A DNA stretch of 63,191 nucleotides, the filler included, from Octopus bimaculoides (Eukaryota): NCBI RefSeq assembly GCF_001194135.2. It is 5 parts of 4 records of this genome, joined end to end, with 100 filler letters (N's around TTAATTAATTAA, not from the genome) between each part and the next. Parts side by side here need not be neighbours in the genome. Positions count along the whole stretch, not along the records: positions 34,217 to 43,260 come from NC_068983.1; positions 43,361 to 48,328 come from NC_068981.1; positions 48,429 to 63,191 come from NC_068994.1; 2 more parts are not named here. One strand, written 5' to 3'. The translations under genes were made by a program, and so were the position numbers. The notes under the pieces are model-generated. The model was not told the origin of the DNA and did no database searches. It saw only the letters and a program-made list of their open reading frames with translations. This document shows, piece after piece, positions 37,183-48,931 of this stretch (its first letter is position 1; each line of letters begins with the position of its first letter).

Positions 37183-37320
37183 TAGGGAGAATTCACAAAA
37201 AAAACAAAACAAAAAACAACAGACGAAGACAGGTGGTGTTGAAAACAAATAGATGTATTAGCATAACGCTCGGGAATTGAAAAAGTCTTTAACGTTTCGA
37301 GCCTACGCTCTTCTACAGAA
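37183..37320 (+). repeat. Unclassified interspersed repeat, copy 1 of 2
   Basis: tagggagaattcacaaaa...cagacgaagacaggtggtgt...cgctcgggaattgaaaa...acgtttcgagcctacgctcttc; near-identical to 56416-56546. Confidence 0.85.
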
Positions 37321-37441
37321 AGAAACAAGGAGAGAAAAAATGTGTGTAGTGGTCAGCGATCTATCATGGCTAATATACATGCACACAACACCCGTTGTCA
37401 AGTGATAGTAGGACACACATGCGCACACACTCACAAATATG

Positions 37442-38360
37442 CAGGGTGCGATGGGTAAACTGTTGTCATTTTAATATTTTTAATTTCGCGCATGCTCGTT
37501 GTTCATTTTTGATTTTGTCTATTACACAGTATAGTAGTGTCAGTTTGGAACCGTCTGCGTGAAAAAAAAACAAAAAACAAAACAAAAGCAAAACAGCGCA
37601 ATGACGCAATTCACTCTGCCAGAAATTTGGAAACGACATGCTGTACTGCTTGGCATTCGCACCGGAAGCTCCAATAGGAACATTTCAGAGTGTTTCGGTG
37701 TCAATCTGAGGACATGTACCAAGAATGATAAAAATCAAACATCCAGTCAACATCATGGTGTTTGGAGTGAGTACTAGTGATGACTAGTTTGGAGTGAGTA
37801 CTAGTTTTGCCTCCATTCCATCTTCCCACACAGTCTCAGACTTAACACGGAGGCCTAAATCAAGTGCCTGGGAGAAGTAGTGCTACTCTGGGTCAAGAGG
37901 GTGGCTGCTGGAAGACCCTATGTATGACAACAGGACTCTGCACCCTGCCACACCAGCAGGAGAACCCACTCATAGCTGCCAGTTAATTTCTGCGACCACA
38001 TCACCTTTAACATTTGGCCACCTAACTCCCCAGACAGCAACCTCCTTGATTATTATATGTGGGGTGTAGTTGAGCAAGGGACCAACAAAACTCCTTGTAA
38101 CACCAAAGATGAACAGAAGGCAACGATTATGGCAGCATTGACCAACTTAAACAAGGAGACTGTCCAGAAGAGTTGCAAGAGATTCCAAAGTCATCAGGAG
38201 GCCGTGGTTGAAGTCAATAGCGATCTTGTTGAATAAATTTACTCTTTAGTATTTCAAGGTATTTTAATGTAATTTTGGTAAATATATCTGTTCAAATGAG
38301 ATGTCATTACTATTTTCATTTTTTGCGTAATTTAGACGATAGTTTATTCATCGCACCTTG
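37442..38360 (+). mobile_element. Internally deleted Tc1/mariner-superfamily transposon, DD37D (maT-like), pseudogenised
   Basis: TIRs cagggtgcgatgggtaaactgttgtc / gacgatagtttattcatcgcaccttg with 3' TA. Translation MTQFTLPEIWKRHAVLLG...KHPVNIMVFGV...YV*QQDSAPCHTS...IWPPNSPDSNLLDYYMWG, with 37 residues between the last two Asp. Confidence 0.92.
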
Positions 38361-39737
38361 TACACACACACACATGCACACACGCGCGCGCATATGTGTT
38401 TATCCTCCACGAGCGCTTCGCAACCGGTGTTTTGTTTTGTTTACGTCCTTGCAAAAGAGACGGATAGAATATGCACTAGACTTTAAAAAACCAGTACAGA
38501 TATCAATCTTTTTAATCAAACTCGGAGCCAGGACTAACATTCTAAACGAAAATAGGGAGAATAATATAATTCAATTAAGAGGAGATAGTTAAGGGAGATG
38601 GAAAGCACTATGATATGGTAATTGAAATTTGACAAATTTCTGTTACATTTTTAAGTAATAGTTTTTGTGATAATTAATTAGCACTTTGTAATTGTCAGGT
38701 GTACCATTTATTTTTAGAATCATAGTATGTGGTTTTAGGTTAATCAGCTATTTCAGTCGGGTTACGTGATTATGTAGATACTCCCTCGGCGGCCAGTTTA
38801 ACAAGGGGTGCAGATACAGAAGGAATTCGTGGAGTAGCATGAAATGCGGATCGTTCGCTTAGGATAAGAGAATGTTAAAAATGCACCAAACGAATTAATA
38901 GAAAAATCGAGGTGAAGAATAAAATAAAATTAAGAAAACAAACAAAAAACAAAAGACAAAAACAAAGACTTATCCCAGACAATGCAAAACTGAAACAAGT
39001 GAAAAGTATACAGAAGTGGCGAAATTCCAAAATTCTACGAAATATAGCCATTAAATACTTGCAAGAATATTTAACGATTTACAGAAACAGCCAGAAATAA
39101 CAACGTTAGGAAATTAAAAGGAATTGGACAAGAATGAAAAGTATTAAAAAAGAAAATAATAAAAGAATATTGCAATCATAAAGACTGGCTAAAAACTCAA
39201 CCGTCTAAGACTAGAGTTCTATAATCTNNNNNNNNNNNNNNNNNNNNNNNNNNNNNNNNNNNNNNNNNNNNNNNNNNNNNNNNNNNNNNNNNNNNNNNNN
39301 NNNNNNNNNNNNNNNNNNNNNNNNNNNNNNNNNNNNNNNNNNNNNNNNNNNNNNNNNNNNNNNNNNNNNNNNNNNNNNNNNNNNNNNNNNNNNNNNNNNN
39401 NNNNNNNNNNNNNNNNNNNNNNNNNNNNNNNNNNNNNNNNNNNNNNNNNNNNNNNNNNNNNNNNNNNNNNNNNNNNNNNNNNNNNNNNNNNNNNNNNNNN
39501 NNNNNNNNNNNNNNNNNNNNNNNNNNNNNNNNNNNNNNNNNNNNNNNNNNNNNNNNNNNNNNNNNNNNNNNNNNNNNNNNNNNNNNNNNNNNNNNNNNNN
39601 NNNNNNNNNNNNNNNNNNNNNNNNNNNNNNNNNNNNNNNNNNNNNNNNNNNNNNNNNNNNNNNNNNNNNNNNNNNNNNNNNNNNNNNNNNNNNNNNNNNN
39701 NNNNNNNNNNNNNNNNNNNNNNNNNNNNNNNNNNNNN

Positions 39738-39989
39738 GGATATTCAGCGTGACACAATGTGACAAGGCTGGCCCTTTGAAAATACAGGTACAACAGAAAC
39801 AGGAAGTAAGAGTGAGAGAAAGTTGAGGTGAAAGAGTACAGCAGGGTTCGCCACCATCCCCTGCCGGAGCCTCGTGGAGGTTTAGGTGTTTTCGCTCAAT
39901 AAACACTCACAACGCCCGGTTTGGGAATCGAAACCGCGATCCTATTACCGCGAGTCCGCTGCTCTAACCACTGGGCCATTGCGCCTCCA
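39738..39989 (-). mobile_element. SINE family B with a third tail type
   Basis: Head matches 13430. Tail ctgtactctttcacctcaactttctctcactc...caaagggccagccttgtcac; truncated by a gap. Confidence 0.92.
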
Positions 39990-40248
39990 TTGTTCATATA
40001 TTAGAAATGAATATAATCACAATGAATAACGTTCATCTTGAACAAATGTCTTTCAGTGATCCAGTCCTTGCTTAAACTTTTCTTTCACTTCTTACGACCC
40101 TCATTTGTAGCTTTGTTGATCAATAGCTGAGGCCCCTACGACGTCCCGTCAGTTGTCTTGGAAACATATAGTTTCCACATCAACACTGATTCTGCTTGAT
40201 TTATGCTTAAAAGTTATCTCAGCTGTGGCAGTCCTATCTTTTATACAG

Positions 40249-40466
40249 ACGAGGTGGTGATGAAAAGTTCCTGGCTTTAAGGGTTTCGTGAAAGGCCTGG
40301 TTTCAGTGCTAACCATTCGATTTCTTTAACAAGGCTTAGAAAAACTGAAAGACCTCTGCGATTAGTGTATGAATCTGAGAGGGAAATACATTGTATAAAA
40401 TCATAATTAACTGATCCTCCTGCATTTTTTATCCCAAAGTCAGGAACTTTTCAGCACGCCATCGTA
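40249..40466. mobile_element. Mariner-type MITE, copy 1
   Basis: Ends acgaggtggtgatgaaaagttcctggc / gtcaggaacttttcagcacgccatcgt. Interior is colinear with 48720-48931. Confidence 0.8.
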
Positions 40467-40492
40467 CATTAACGTGTTCTTTATTTTCAATG

Positions 40493-40615
40493 CAGTGGCA
40501 TAGTGTTAGGCACACAATCATAAGGTCGAGGTTTCGAATTCTAGACAGAGTGACACATCGCATTCTTGTACAAGACCCTCCATTTCAAATTGTTCCAGCC
40601 AATTCAACTGAAGTA
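40493..40615 (+). mobile_element. Degenerate SINE family C head
   Basis: gtggcatagtgttagg...aaggtcgaggtttcgaattc...ttcttgtacaagac...ttgttccagccaattcaactg aligns loosely with 25935. Confidence 0.55.
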
Positions 40616-41039
40616 ACAGTAATAGCTGATGGTTAGACCTATGTAGGGTTGAATCCCGCTCAAAGTGTAGTATTGTATTTCTGGTCTTTTATGCGTCACT
40701 GAAACCGGAATAGGCTCCGACCTTATGAGCCTGTGGGCTCGCAACAAACATAAGACTAAGGCATTTAAGGAAGATTTGGTCGCAAATTCCTGTAGGTCGA
40801 GTGATTACATAGAGATGCATTGGTTCGTAAATCTTTGACAGTGTTCCTAACCTACGAAAACTACAGTGTCCTGGAATGAATATGATAGTCAATCGAAGAC
40901 CAAAGGATTGCTAGAAGTATGACAGGTAAATATCATGTGGCTGAGTTTAACACCCTCACCAGAAAAAAAGAGCTATTGAAAGAGGAAAATGGAACTGTCA
41001 CAAATGCAAATCTATCGAACTTCAAGTGGGTCAGCACTT

Positions 41040-41800
41040 CATGCAGGTGCAGGCCGAAAAATGCCTTCATTGAGTAAGGGATATTGTATATGACATACTA
41101 GAAAAGAAAGAGACCAGGACATTGTAGAGTTCCTAGGGAACTCTCAGGAGAATGTAAAGAAAAGTTTCCATGATCACATGCACGTTGGACGACCTTATCT
41201 TTTTTCCAGCGTACATAAATCGGTAGACTTGTAGGATTACACTGCTGGGCCTACCACAGGAAATGGATCAGGAGCAGCTGATAACAACCGTGGAGGCGTA
41301 TGGTAAAGTGACTAACGTTTGCTGTTACTGACATCGTCTGGAGATTTAAATTATTTTATCAGACTCTATTGCTTCAAGAGTCGAATCAAAGTTAATATGG
41401 TCGAGGGAATTAAGTTCAAATACTCAAAATACTACGATTATAGTATGAATCATTTGTGTGATAATGAACAGGAAGGCGCAATACCCTTCCAGCAGAACCC
41501 ATGATACAAAAAACTGCAACAGTGGAAGTAGCATCGCTACAACAATCAGTGACTTAGCAAAAAACCGCAGTAAAGCGGCCGCACAATGACCGATTCCAAC
41601 TAAACAAAAATTTAAAAGAGAGACGCACAAACACATATATGCACGCACACAAATAATGCAGACACATAAAAAACTCGGCAAACTGTACAGATAGCGACGA
41701 GACAGACACTCATACATGCATGGATATGCCGCTGTCCTCTCCAACCCCTCGTCATTTGACAATGATGTGAAGGAGGATATAGACAAAAAAATATTTGCTG
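41040..41800 (+). mobile_element. Possible decayed LINE ORF1/gag-like relic
   Basis: 41236-41331 reads ITLLGLPQEMDQEQLITTVEAYGKVTNV (RRM-like, as in LINE ORF1). Also HDTKNC at 41500 (partial zinc knuckle) and GYAAVLS at 41722. Many stops and frameshifts. Confidence 0.4.
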
Positions 41801-42748
41801 AGAGCAAAAACAAGGCTGTCGCGGTCACGCAACGCTGAAGATTGTAAAGTTTGACGAGACATCGAAGAACTTGTCAAGCATCTATCCTTGCCTACAAATC
41901 AACAATAACAACGAGAAGAAAAAAGTTAATTCCAAAACCACAAAAAGGAGGAAAACAACCATCAATATGAAAACTCACAAGAACAATAACAAATACAGGA
42001 CTAAAAAAAGAAAAGGAAAAAACCCGAATCAGCTAAACTTGCAACACAGACAAATAACAAAAAGCAACAATAGGAGAATATACAAATAACCACTGGCTAA
42101 ACATCAAAAGAAACAACAAAAACAACAGTAAGAACAACAGCAACGACATCAGCAACAAAATTAATAGCCAAACATAAAACAACCACTTCCCTTCAACTTC
42201 GCTGTTGTAAAGGGTTTAGTATCAATTTATCGAAAACAGTTGATCGAAATACAATTGATCAAAGATAGTTGCTAAAAACAAAGCGAAAGATAAACAATGC
42301 AAATAAATAAATAAATAAAAACAAACTAAAAACAAGTTATAAACAAATATTCGAAATGCAGAGAAATAGGTCAATGAAAAAAATAATGGTTATATTGTTG
42401 AGCTTTATAAAAATTATTTTATTTAAAAGTTCTACCATTTATGATTTCACATTATAGGCTTCTGTACATGAATATGAACTATACACGCAAACACATGCAC
42501 GCTCACGCATGCATGTGCACATACGCACTTCTACGCATACACGTACGCACACACACGTATACGCATGCGTACCCAGACATACAGCCTACACCAGCTTTTA
42601 ACATATTGATGAAAAATTATTTTAACGAAATGCGACAACATATTCTAATATTAATATTCTAATATTTGTTGTAATTATTGTTTTATTTGCTGTAATTCAA
42701 TTAATTGTAGACACACACACACACACATACTTTATCAAAAAGTAGCAA

Positions 42749-42923
42749 TTCACGTTCCCATTCGTTGGACAGTTTTGTTTAGAATGGGGCAAGATAAAAT
42801 TATATGCAGAAATATAATTACTTTGATAGATACACATTTGAAAATAGTTTGTAATTGTATTTCTGCATATAACTTGATCTTGCTCCATTCTAAACAAAGC
42901 TGTCCGACAAACGGGAACGTGAA
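42749..42923. repeat. 175-bp fold-back (73-bp inverted arms, 29-nt loop)
   Basis: Arms 42749-42821 and 42851-42923 differ at 8 of 73 positions by manual alignment. Confidence 0.9.
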
Positions 42924-43456
42924 ACTCTGAGTAACAGTTTTTGTGATATTTTTGTTGCTTCTTAATAAAGCATATTACTCTATATCTGGTATTCGTGTAC
43001 TATTTTTTACACCTTGTTTCGCATTTATGTGCTTACTCTGGTATATATATATATATATATATATATATAGCAATGTTAATTCTCTAAATGAAGTATTAAC
43101 AGTAACTGCACGATAAAGTGTAGTATATTGCCACTTAAGTGTGGCTGACCCCTAGGGGTGGATGTTACTGTTGCTTTTAGCCCCAGGAGGACATCTCCTC
43201 CAGCTGGCTTATCGACACACGACTGTGTCCTGTTTGCCAAGGGAGTTATCCCTCTCACCTNNNNNNNNNNNNNNNNNNNNNNNNNNNNNNNNNNNNNNNN
43301 NNNNTTAATTAATTAANNNNNNNNNNNNNNNNNNNNNNNNNNNNNNNNNNNNNNNNNNNNTATATATTATAATAATTTTCCAGAGGATATATCGAATTTG
43401 AAGTCTCTGTCTCTTTTGAATATGAAAATTTAAAAGTTAAAAAACATTATAATATA

Positions 43457-43620
43457 TATACGACAAGCTACTTGCAGTTTCTGTCTACCAAATCCACTTT
43501 TACAGGCTGGCCCGAGGCTATTGTAGAAGATAGTTACCCAAGGTAACACGCAGTAGGACTGAAACCGGAACCATGTTGTTGGGAAGCAATCTTCTTACCA
43601 CACAACCATGCTCGCACCTA
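43457..43620 (-). mobile_element. SINE family A, 5' half
   Basis: Reverse complement taggtgcgagcatggttgtgtggtaagaagattgcttccc...ttcagtcctactgcgtgttaccttggg...gtggatttggtagacagaaactg. Confidence 0.85.
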
Positions 43621-43702
43621 TATATATGTGTGTGAGAGATGGTGTTTGTTTGTCTGTGTGTGCGTGCCTGTGTGTGTGTGGGTATGTGTGTTTATGTTCA
43701 AA

Positions 43703-43955
43703 TGTGACTCTGTGCTTAGAAGCCTGCTTTCGAATCACGTGGTTCTGGGTTCAGTCCTACTTAGTAGCATCTTCGCAAGTGTCTTCTATTATAGCCTCGG
43801 GCACATCAAAACATTGTTTGTGGATTTGACAGACGGAAACTGAAAGAAACTCGTCGTATATGTATATATCTATACTTATGTGTCATTGTGTCTGTGTGTC
43901 TTCCCTCTACGCTTGACAACTAGTGTTGGTTTGTTTATGTCCACGTAACTTAGCA
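43703..43955 (+). mobile_element. SINE family A (diverged, 3'-truncated)
   Basis: ctgggttcagtcctac...gtgtcttctattatagcctcggg...ggaaactgaaagaaactcgtcg...cgcttgacaactagtgttgg...gtaacttagc. Confidence 0.85.
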
Positions 43956-44365
43956 CTAAATTAAATATTAAATTCATATACCCTGAGCAAAATATCATCA
44001 GACTGCTATAATGAATCCATAAACACACATATAAAACATCCAATGGTATATTTTTTCCTGCTGAAGATATTATGTTCAGGGCGTATGAATTTAATATTTA
44101 ATTAATTGATTGAGTATCAAATGAAACAACTGTAAGGGATGATGATTGATTTGTTGTAAATAATAAACAATTATCAACTTCCCAAACTCCATTTTCTTTT
44201 TCTTCATTTATACGAATATAAACTCTATGGATTTATGTACATTCCTAATATTTTAAGGAAATCAATTCTCCCCAAGTATTAGGTGCTGAACCAGTATTTT
44301 CCTGGATGACACCATCCCTTCACGAGGTTAACATAACCTGTAATAGAATATATAAGTATAATGTT

Positions 44366-44415
<50 letters not shown>

Positions 44416-45994
44416 TATGAGTGTTTGTACACGTATCTATCATTTTGGCAGTAATGCTGTTTTCCTTTTTTTTTTTGTCTTTCGCCCTGCATTTGCCTCG
44501 CTTGTTTTTCTCTTCTTATTCTCTTTTATTTTTTGTCTTTGATTCTGCATTGGTCTCACTCCCACCCAAACACATTGTTATTGCGTCATCCATTTTCTCC
44601 CGGTTTCTCTAGATTCTACCACTTTTCCGCATGGTAAATCCTGAAGCAATAAATTTTCATTTAATCCTCAACGAAACCATTTTAATCATCAATTTTGATA
44701 AATACTTGTGCTTATTGGAATTCTTTCTCTCCATCCCACTTCTCCCGTTTATGTTAGATTTTATTTTAACCTCATGTTACCATTTGAGAGTTCTTTCAAA
44801 TCTGTTAATACACTTTTTTTGTCATGGTTCTCTGTTTTAAAATAAACCAGAACAAAACATGGAATTTGTACGCTTAAAGTTTTGCTAACTTCACTTGCAG
44901 TAGAAGTGAAGTGAAAGGGGTTTTAAAAGGAGAACGAATCAAGAAAAGAATTCGATGGAAAATATTTCTTTTTTATCTACATCTTCATAAATCATGTTAG
45001 CTTATTACCTCCAAATTTAGCAAGGCTGCATTGATCGAAGAAATTTATGATCCAACTCGTTCCAGTAGCGGCCATAACAATTTTAGGACATAATGCATCT
45101 ACGATTACATCATCCAATGCAATTCTTTTTTTATATGTTATTTTATTTCTATTTCATTTTCTTTTACTTTTTCTTCTTTTTTTTTTGGTAAAGATGTTGG
45201 ATGTGTGAGCTGGTTGCTATTTCTAGCAGCTGCAACGGTAAGTCATGATGATGATGATGATGTTGATGGTGATGGTGGGTGGGTGGAGGGGGTGATAACG
45301 TCTTATTGCTGATTAGGTATTGATTTAACAATTGCATGACCCAATCCAAAATACTCGAACAGTGCTCATCCTGACATTTTCTTTCTTTCAGCGCAGTACA
45401 CAGCTGAACATACTACACAACGTTTTTTTTGTTTTTTTTTTCATCTCTCCTAGGAATATCTGGCATATTCTGAAGGAGCATTTTACTGCTATTTCCAGCA
45501 GATTAAGTTGCTGAATAATTTGCTTCCTTGATGATTCGGATAAAATGAATGCCTTTTATAACAGTTCATTGCATACATTGATAAATGTATGTAATTATAC
45601 CATATGGAAAATAGTTTCTATATATTTTTGACAACATGTGGATCATTGGATTATAGAATCAAGACAAATTACCAAAATGTAAAATAACCGAGAATCAAAA
45701 TTGGCTATCGGTTGGGGTCGTCATGAGTTTACGAGTTGCTCTCTCATATTCGTGGTAATTTGAATAGAAATTTGTATGAGCTGACAATTACTTGATAGTT
45801 TATCAAATTTAGAGCAATGATACAAGAGAATTGAAATTCATGACTAAATTTGAATTCTGAAATTAAAGAAATTCTACTTGTTATTGTATCAATGTTCACC
45901 AGAAATCTATATACACATACTCACAGACCTATGATGGTAGGCCTATTATATTGAATTACGCTTACAATTTATATGTATGTACTTATAAATCCAT

Positions 45995-46028
<34 letters not shown>

Positions 46029-46683
46029 NNNNNNNNNNNNNNNNNNNNNNNNNNNNNNNNNNNNNNNNNNNNNNNNNNNNNNNNNNNNNNNNNNNNNNNN
46101 NNNNNNNNNNNNNNNNNNNNNNNNNNNNNNNNNNNNNNNNNNNNNNNNNNNNNNNNNNNNNNNNNNNNNNNNNNNNNNNNNNNNNNNNNNNNNNNNNNNN
46201 NNNNNNNNNNNNNNNNNNNNNNNNNNNNNNNNNNNNNNNNNNNNNNNNNNNNNNNNNNNNNNNNNNNNNNNNNNNNNNNNNNNNNNNTACCAACTTTATA
46301 CAGGAATTTCCAACACATGTTAGCTAAATCATAGGCCCACTAATATTGAAAATATCCCTACGTTCATAATGTTTTCCCCGAAAGCTTGGTGTTTCCTCCT
46401 GAACCCAATAACAAAAACTATACCATTATTAATTTTAGAGTGGCTAAGAAATGTTTTAGATTTATAGAATACACTTCATAAGAGATAATGCACAGGAAAC
46501 CTGAATTCAGTATCCTGTTTTTATTTTCGTAAGACATATTTATTTTTATTACTTACTCACCGTCCTCAAAATAAAATAATCATGTTCTGCTGTTAATTTT
46601 GTCCCAAACCATCTATTTTCTAGCAAACATGTGTAAATAATGTAAATAACTCCACTTAGCAGCATTTTTAACAAACAATATTT

Positions 46684-47164
46684 GGTGGGTGCTACTTTAG
46701 CGTGCGGTCTACCGCTGTATCTTGTCTACTCTGTGAACTTACTTTTAGCGTGCGGTCTACCTTTCCTTACCCTTTTACATTTATTTTATCGTACGATCTA
46801 CCCCCACTTAGAGTCACTGCTTTATTCATGGGTATCTCCAATTGGAAGAAACCTTTATTTTTGACACCCTTTTCGAGGAGAGCGAAATATAGGCCGGTAT
46901 TCTCCATTTCTGTCACGTATTCGTTTTTCTTGAATGACGCTACGACATCGATGACAAGTGTCTGCTTCTTGTGATGTATCCGATGTATCCAGAAGATTAT
47001 TCTCTTGTAAAAATGCAACTGCTGTTTCCTCTGTAAAAAAGACATACGCCTATAGAAAACTTTTAACAGCATTGTAATGGTTAAAATTAACTCAGGTTAA
47101 GAGGGTTAATTTCAAAGCGTAGACAGGATACTGCAGTAGATCGACCACACGCTAAATTAGCATC
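46684..47164 (-). mobile_element. Merlin-like (IS1016/IS1595-related) non-autonomous DNA transposon
   Basis: About 55-bp imperfect TIRs (46684-46738 / 47111-47164) and 8-bp direct repeat caatattt at 46676-46683 and 47165-47172. Minus-strand relic FFTEETAVAFLQENNLL...CHRC...RDRNGEYRPIFRSPRKGCQK*. Confidence 0.7.
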
Positions 47165-48291
47165 CAATATTTTTCTCCCAAGCATCAAGAGTCAATCAAA
47201 AAGAGCTCCGTGTAGCTAATGTTAAATATAATTTCAGCACTGGATGTAGGAATACGTAAGTTTATTGTTGGATTAACTACATATAAACTAACAAAAATGA
47301 AGGCAGCAAATAATCAGAACCAGAATTACAATCTACTAGAAAATACTGTCGAGACATCCAGAAGAACTTCTCAGATTAAATACTGGAAATATATAAGAAT
47401 TGAACTCAGTACTTCAAGTGACTGGAATACTGAATAATTATACCTAAGAAAATTATCTAAAGTTGTTTAGAATCTAATATGACTGTAGCACTGATTGTTA
47501 TGCGTGTTGGAAATAAATACAGCAGCAACTTATTTGACTTTCACTCTGAATGAAGGAAACTGCGAGCCTCTAAGAGTGCGTGTGTATTCTGTGTATAAAT
47601 GTGTGTATATGTTTACGTGAAATGTTTTGTCTACATGTGTGTAAATGTGTGCACGTTATTAAGCAAAAATAAAAAATAGATAAACGAAGAAAAACTATCC
47701 TGTTCTAGTAGGAGATTCTAAACGAGGATATCATACACATAAAAAGATTATTTAAGCCGTGTCTTGATGAAAAGAGAAACGAAGGGAGAAGCTGTATAAA
47801 TCTAGACTTGCATGTGTAGAAATAAAATCATAACATAAAAATAATAAAATTAACACATACTTTCACGTAAAGTGATGGAATAAAGAAGAAACGGAATTGT
47901 GTGATCAAACTTACTGAAAACTATTGGACATCTTGATAGTTCAATTTGCGCTGAGACCGTAAGAAAACACACATATGTACAATCATGTTCATTTAAAAGC
48001 AAACAGACTCACAAACACACACAAAATCACACACAGACACATACAAACACAGACACACACACACAAACACGCACACGAACATACAAACACGCAAACACAC
48101 ACAAATACACACGTGCACACATATATGTATGTATACACGTGTCTATGTCTAGATGCAAAAACAGATACGAACGCATACGTAGGAATATACACACATATAT
48201 AGTTAATGGCGAGAACATTTCCCATCAGATTAATTAGCAGAAAGACAATAAAATAGAAGGTAGCAACGATAAAAACATATCAAAATTTAAC

Positions 48292-48328
<37 letters not shown>

Positions 48329-48679
48329 NNNNNNNNNNNNNNNNNNNNNNNNNNNNNNNNNNNNNNNNNNNNTTAATTAATTAANNNNNNNNNNNNNNNN
48401 NNNNNNNNNNNNNNNNNNNNNNNNNNNNTTATTTTAGTGTCCTTGCTTTGTTTTCTTTCTGTTTGCGTAATATTTCCCTATATATTATTGGAGTTTGATA
48501 TTTCCCTTGTACAAATGTTAATTTTCAACCGTGTGCCGGAACATTGGAAACTCGTGTTTGACAGTTTGGCAACGATCGCTTCGTGTGTGAGGAAAAATCT
48601 CAATGCGAAACGATGTTTCCGGTAAGAACAAGTAGTGCCTTTCAGAGTGTGGAGAAGCGAAGCCTGTATTTACAACGTG

Positions 48680-48719
<40 letters not shown>

Positions 48720-48720
<1 letters not shown>

Positions 48721-48931
48721 GAGGGGTGCTGAAAAGTTCCTGGCTTTAAGGGTATCCCGAAAGATCCGGTTGGAGGCCCAACCTTCTGAGATCGTTTACA
48801 GGTCGTAGAAAATCTGAAGGACGGCGATAAGTGTGTGAATGGGAGAGGACATTGTGTAAAATAAAATCATAATTAATTGACGCTCCTGTAACTTCATTTA
48901 CCTAAAACAAGAAACTTTTCAACACCCCTCG
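48720..48931. mobile_element. Mariner-type MITE, copy 2
   Basis: TA|cgaggggtgctgaaaagttcctggc...aacaagaaacttttcaacacccctcg|TA. Confidence 0.88.

Noticed and set aside
45194-45243. Small exon-like segment ending ACG|gtaagt
   Set aside because: Overlaps a gctatttctagcag-type motif that recurs elsewhere (8885, 45495), so it is probably a repeat remnant.
46767-47072. 101-aa ORF MLLKVFYRR...
   Set aside because: Shadow frame over the Merlin-like transposase relic, which lies in a different frame.
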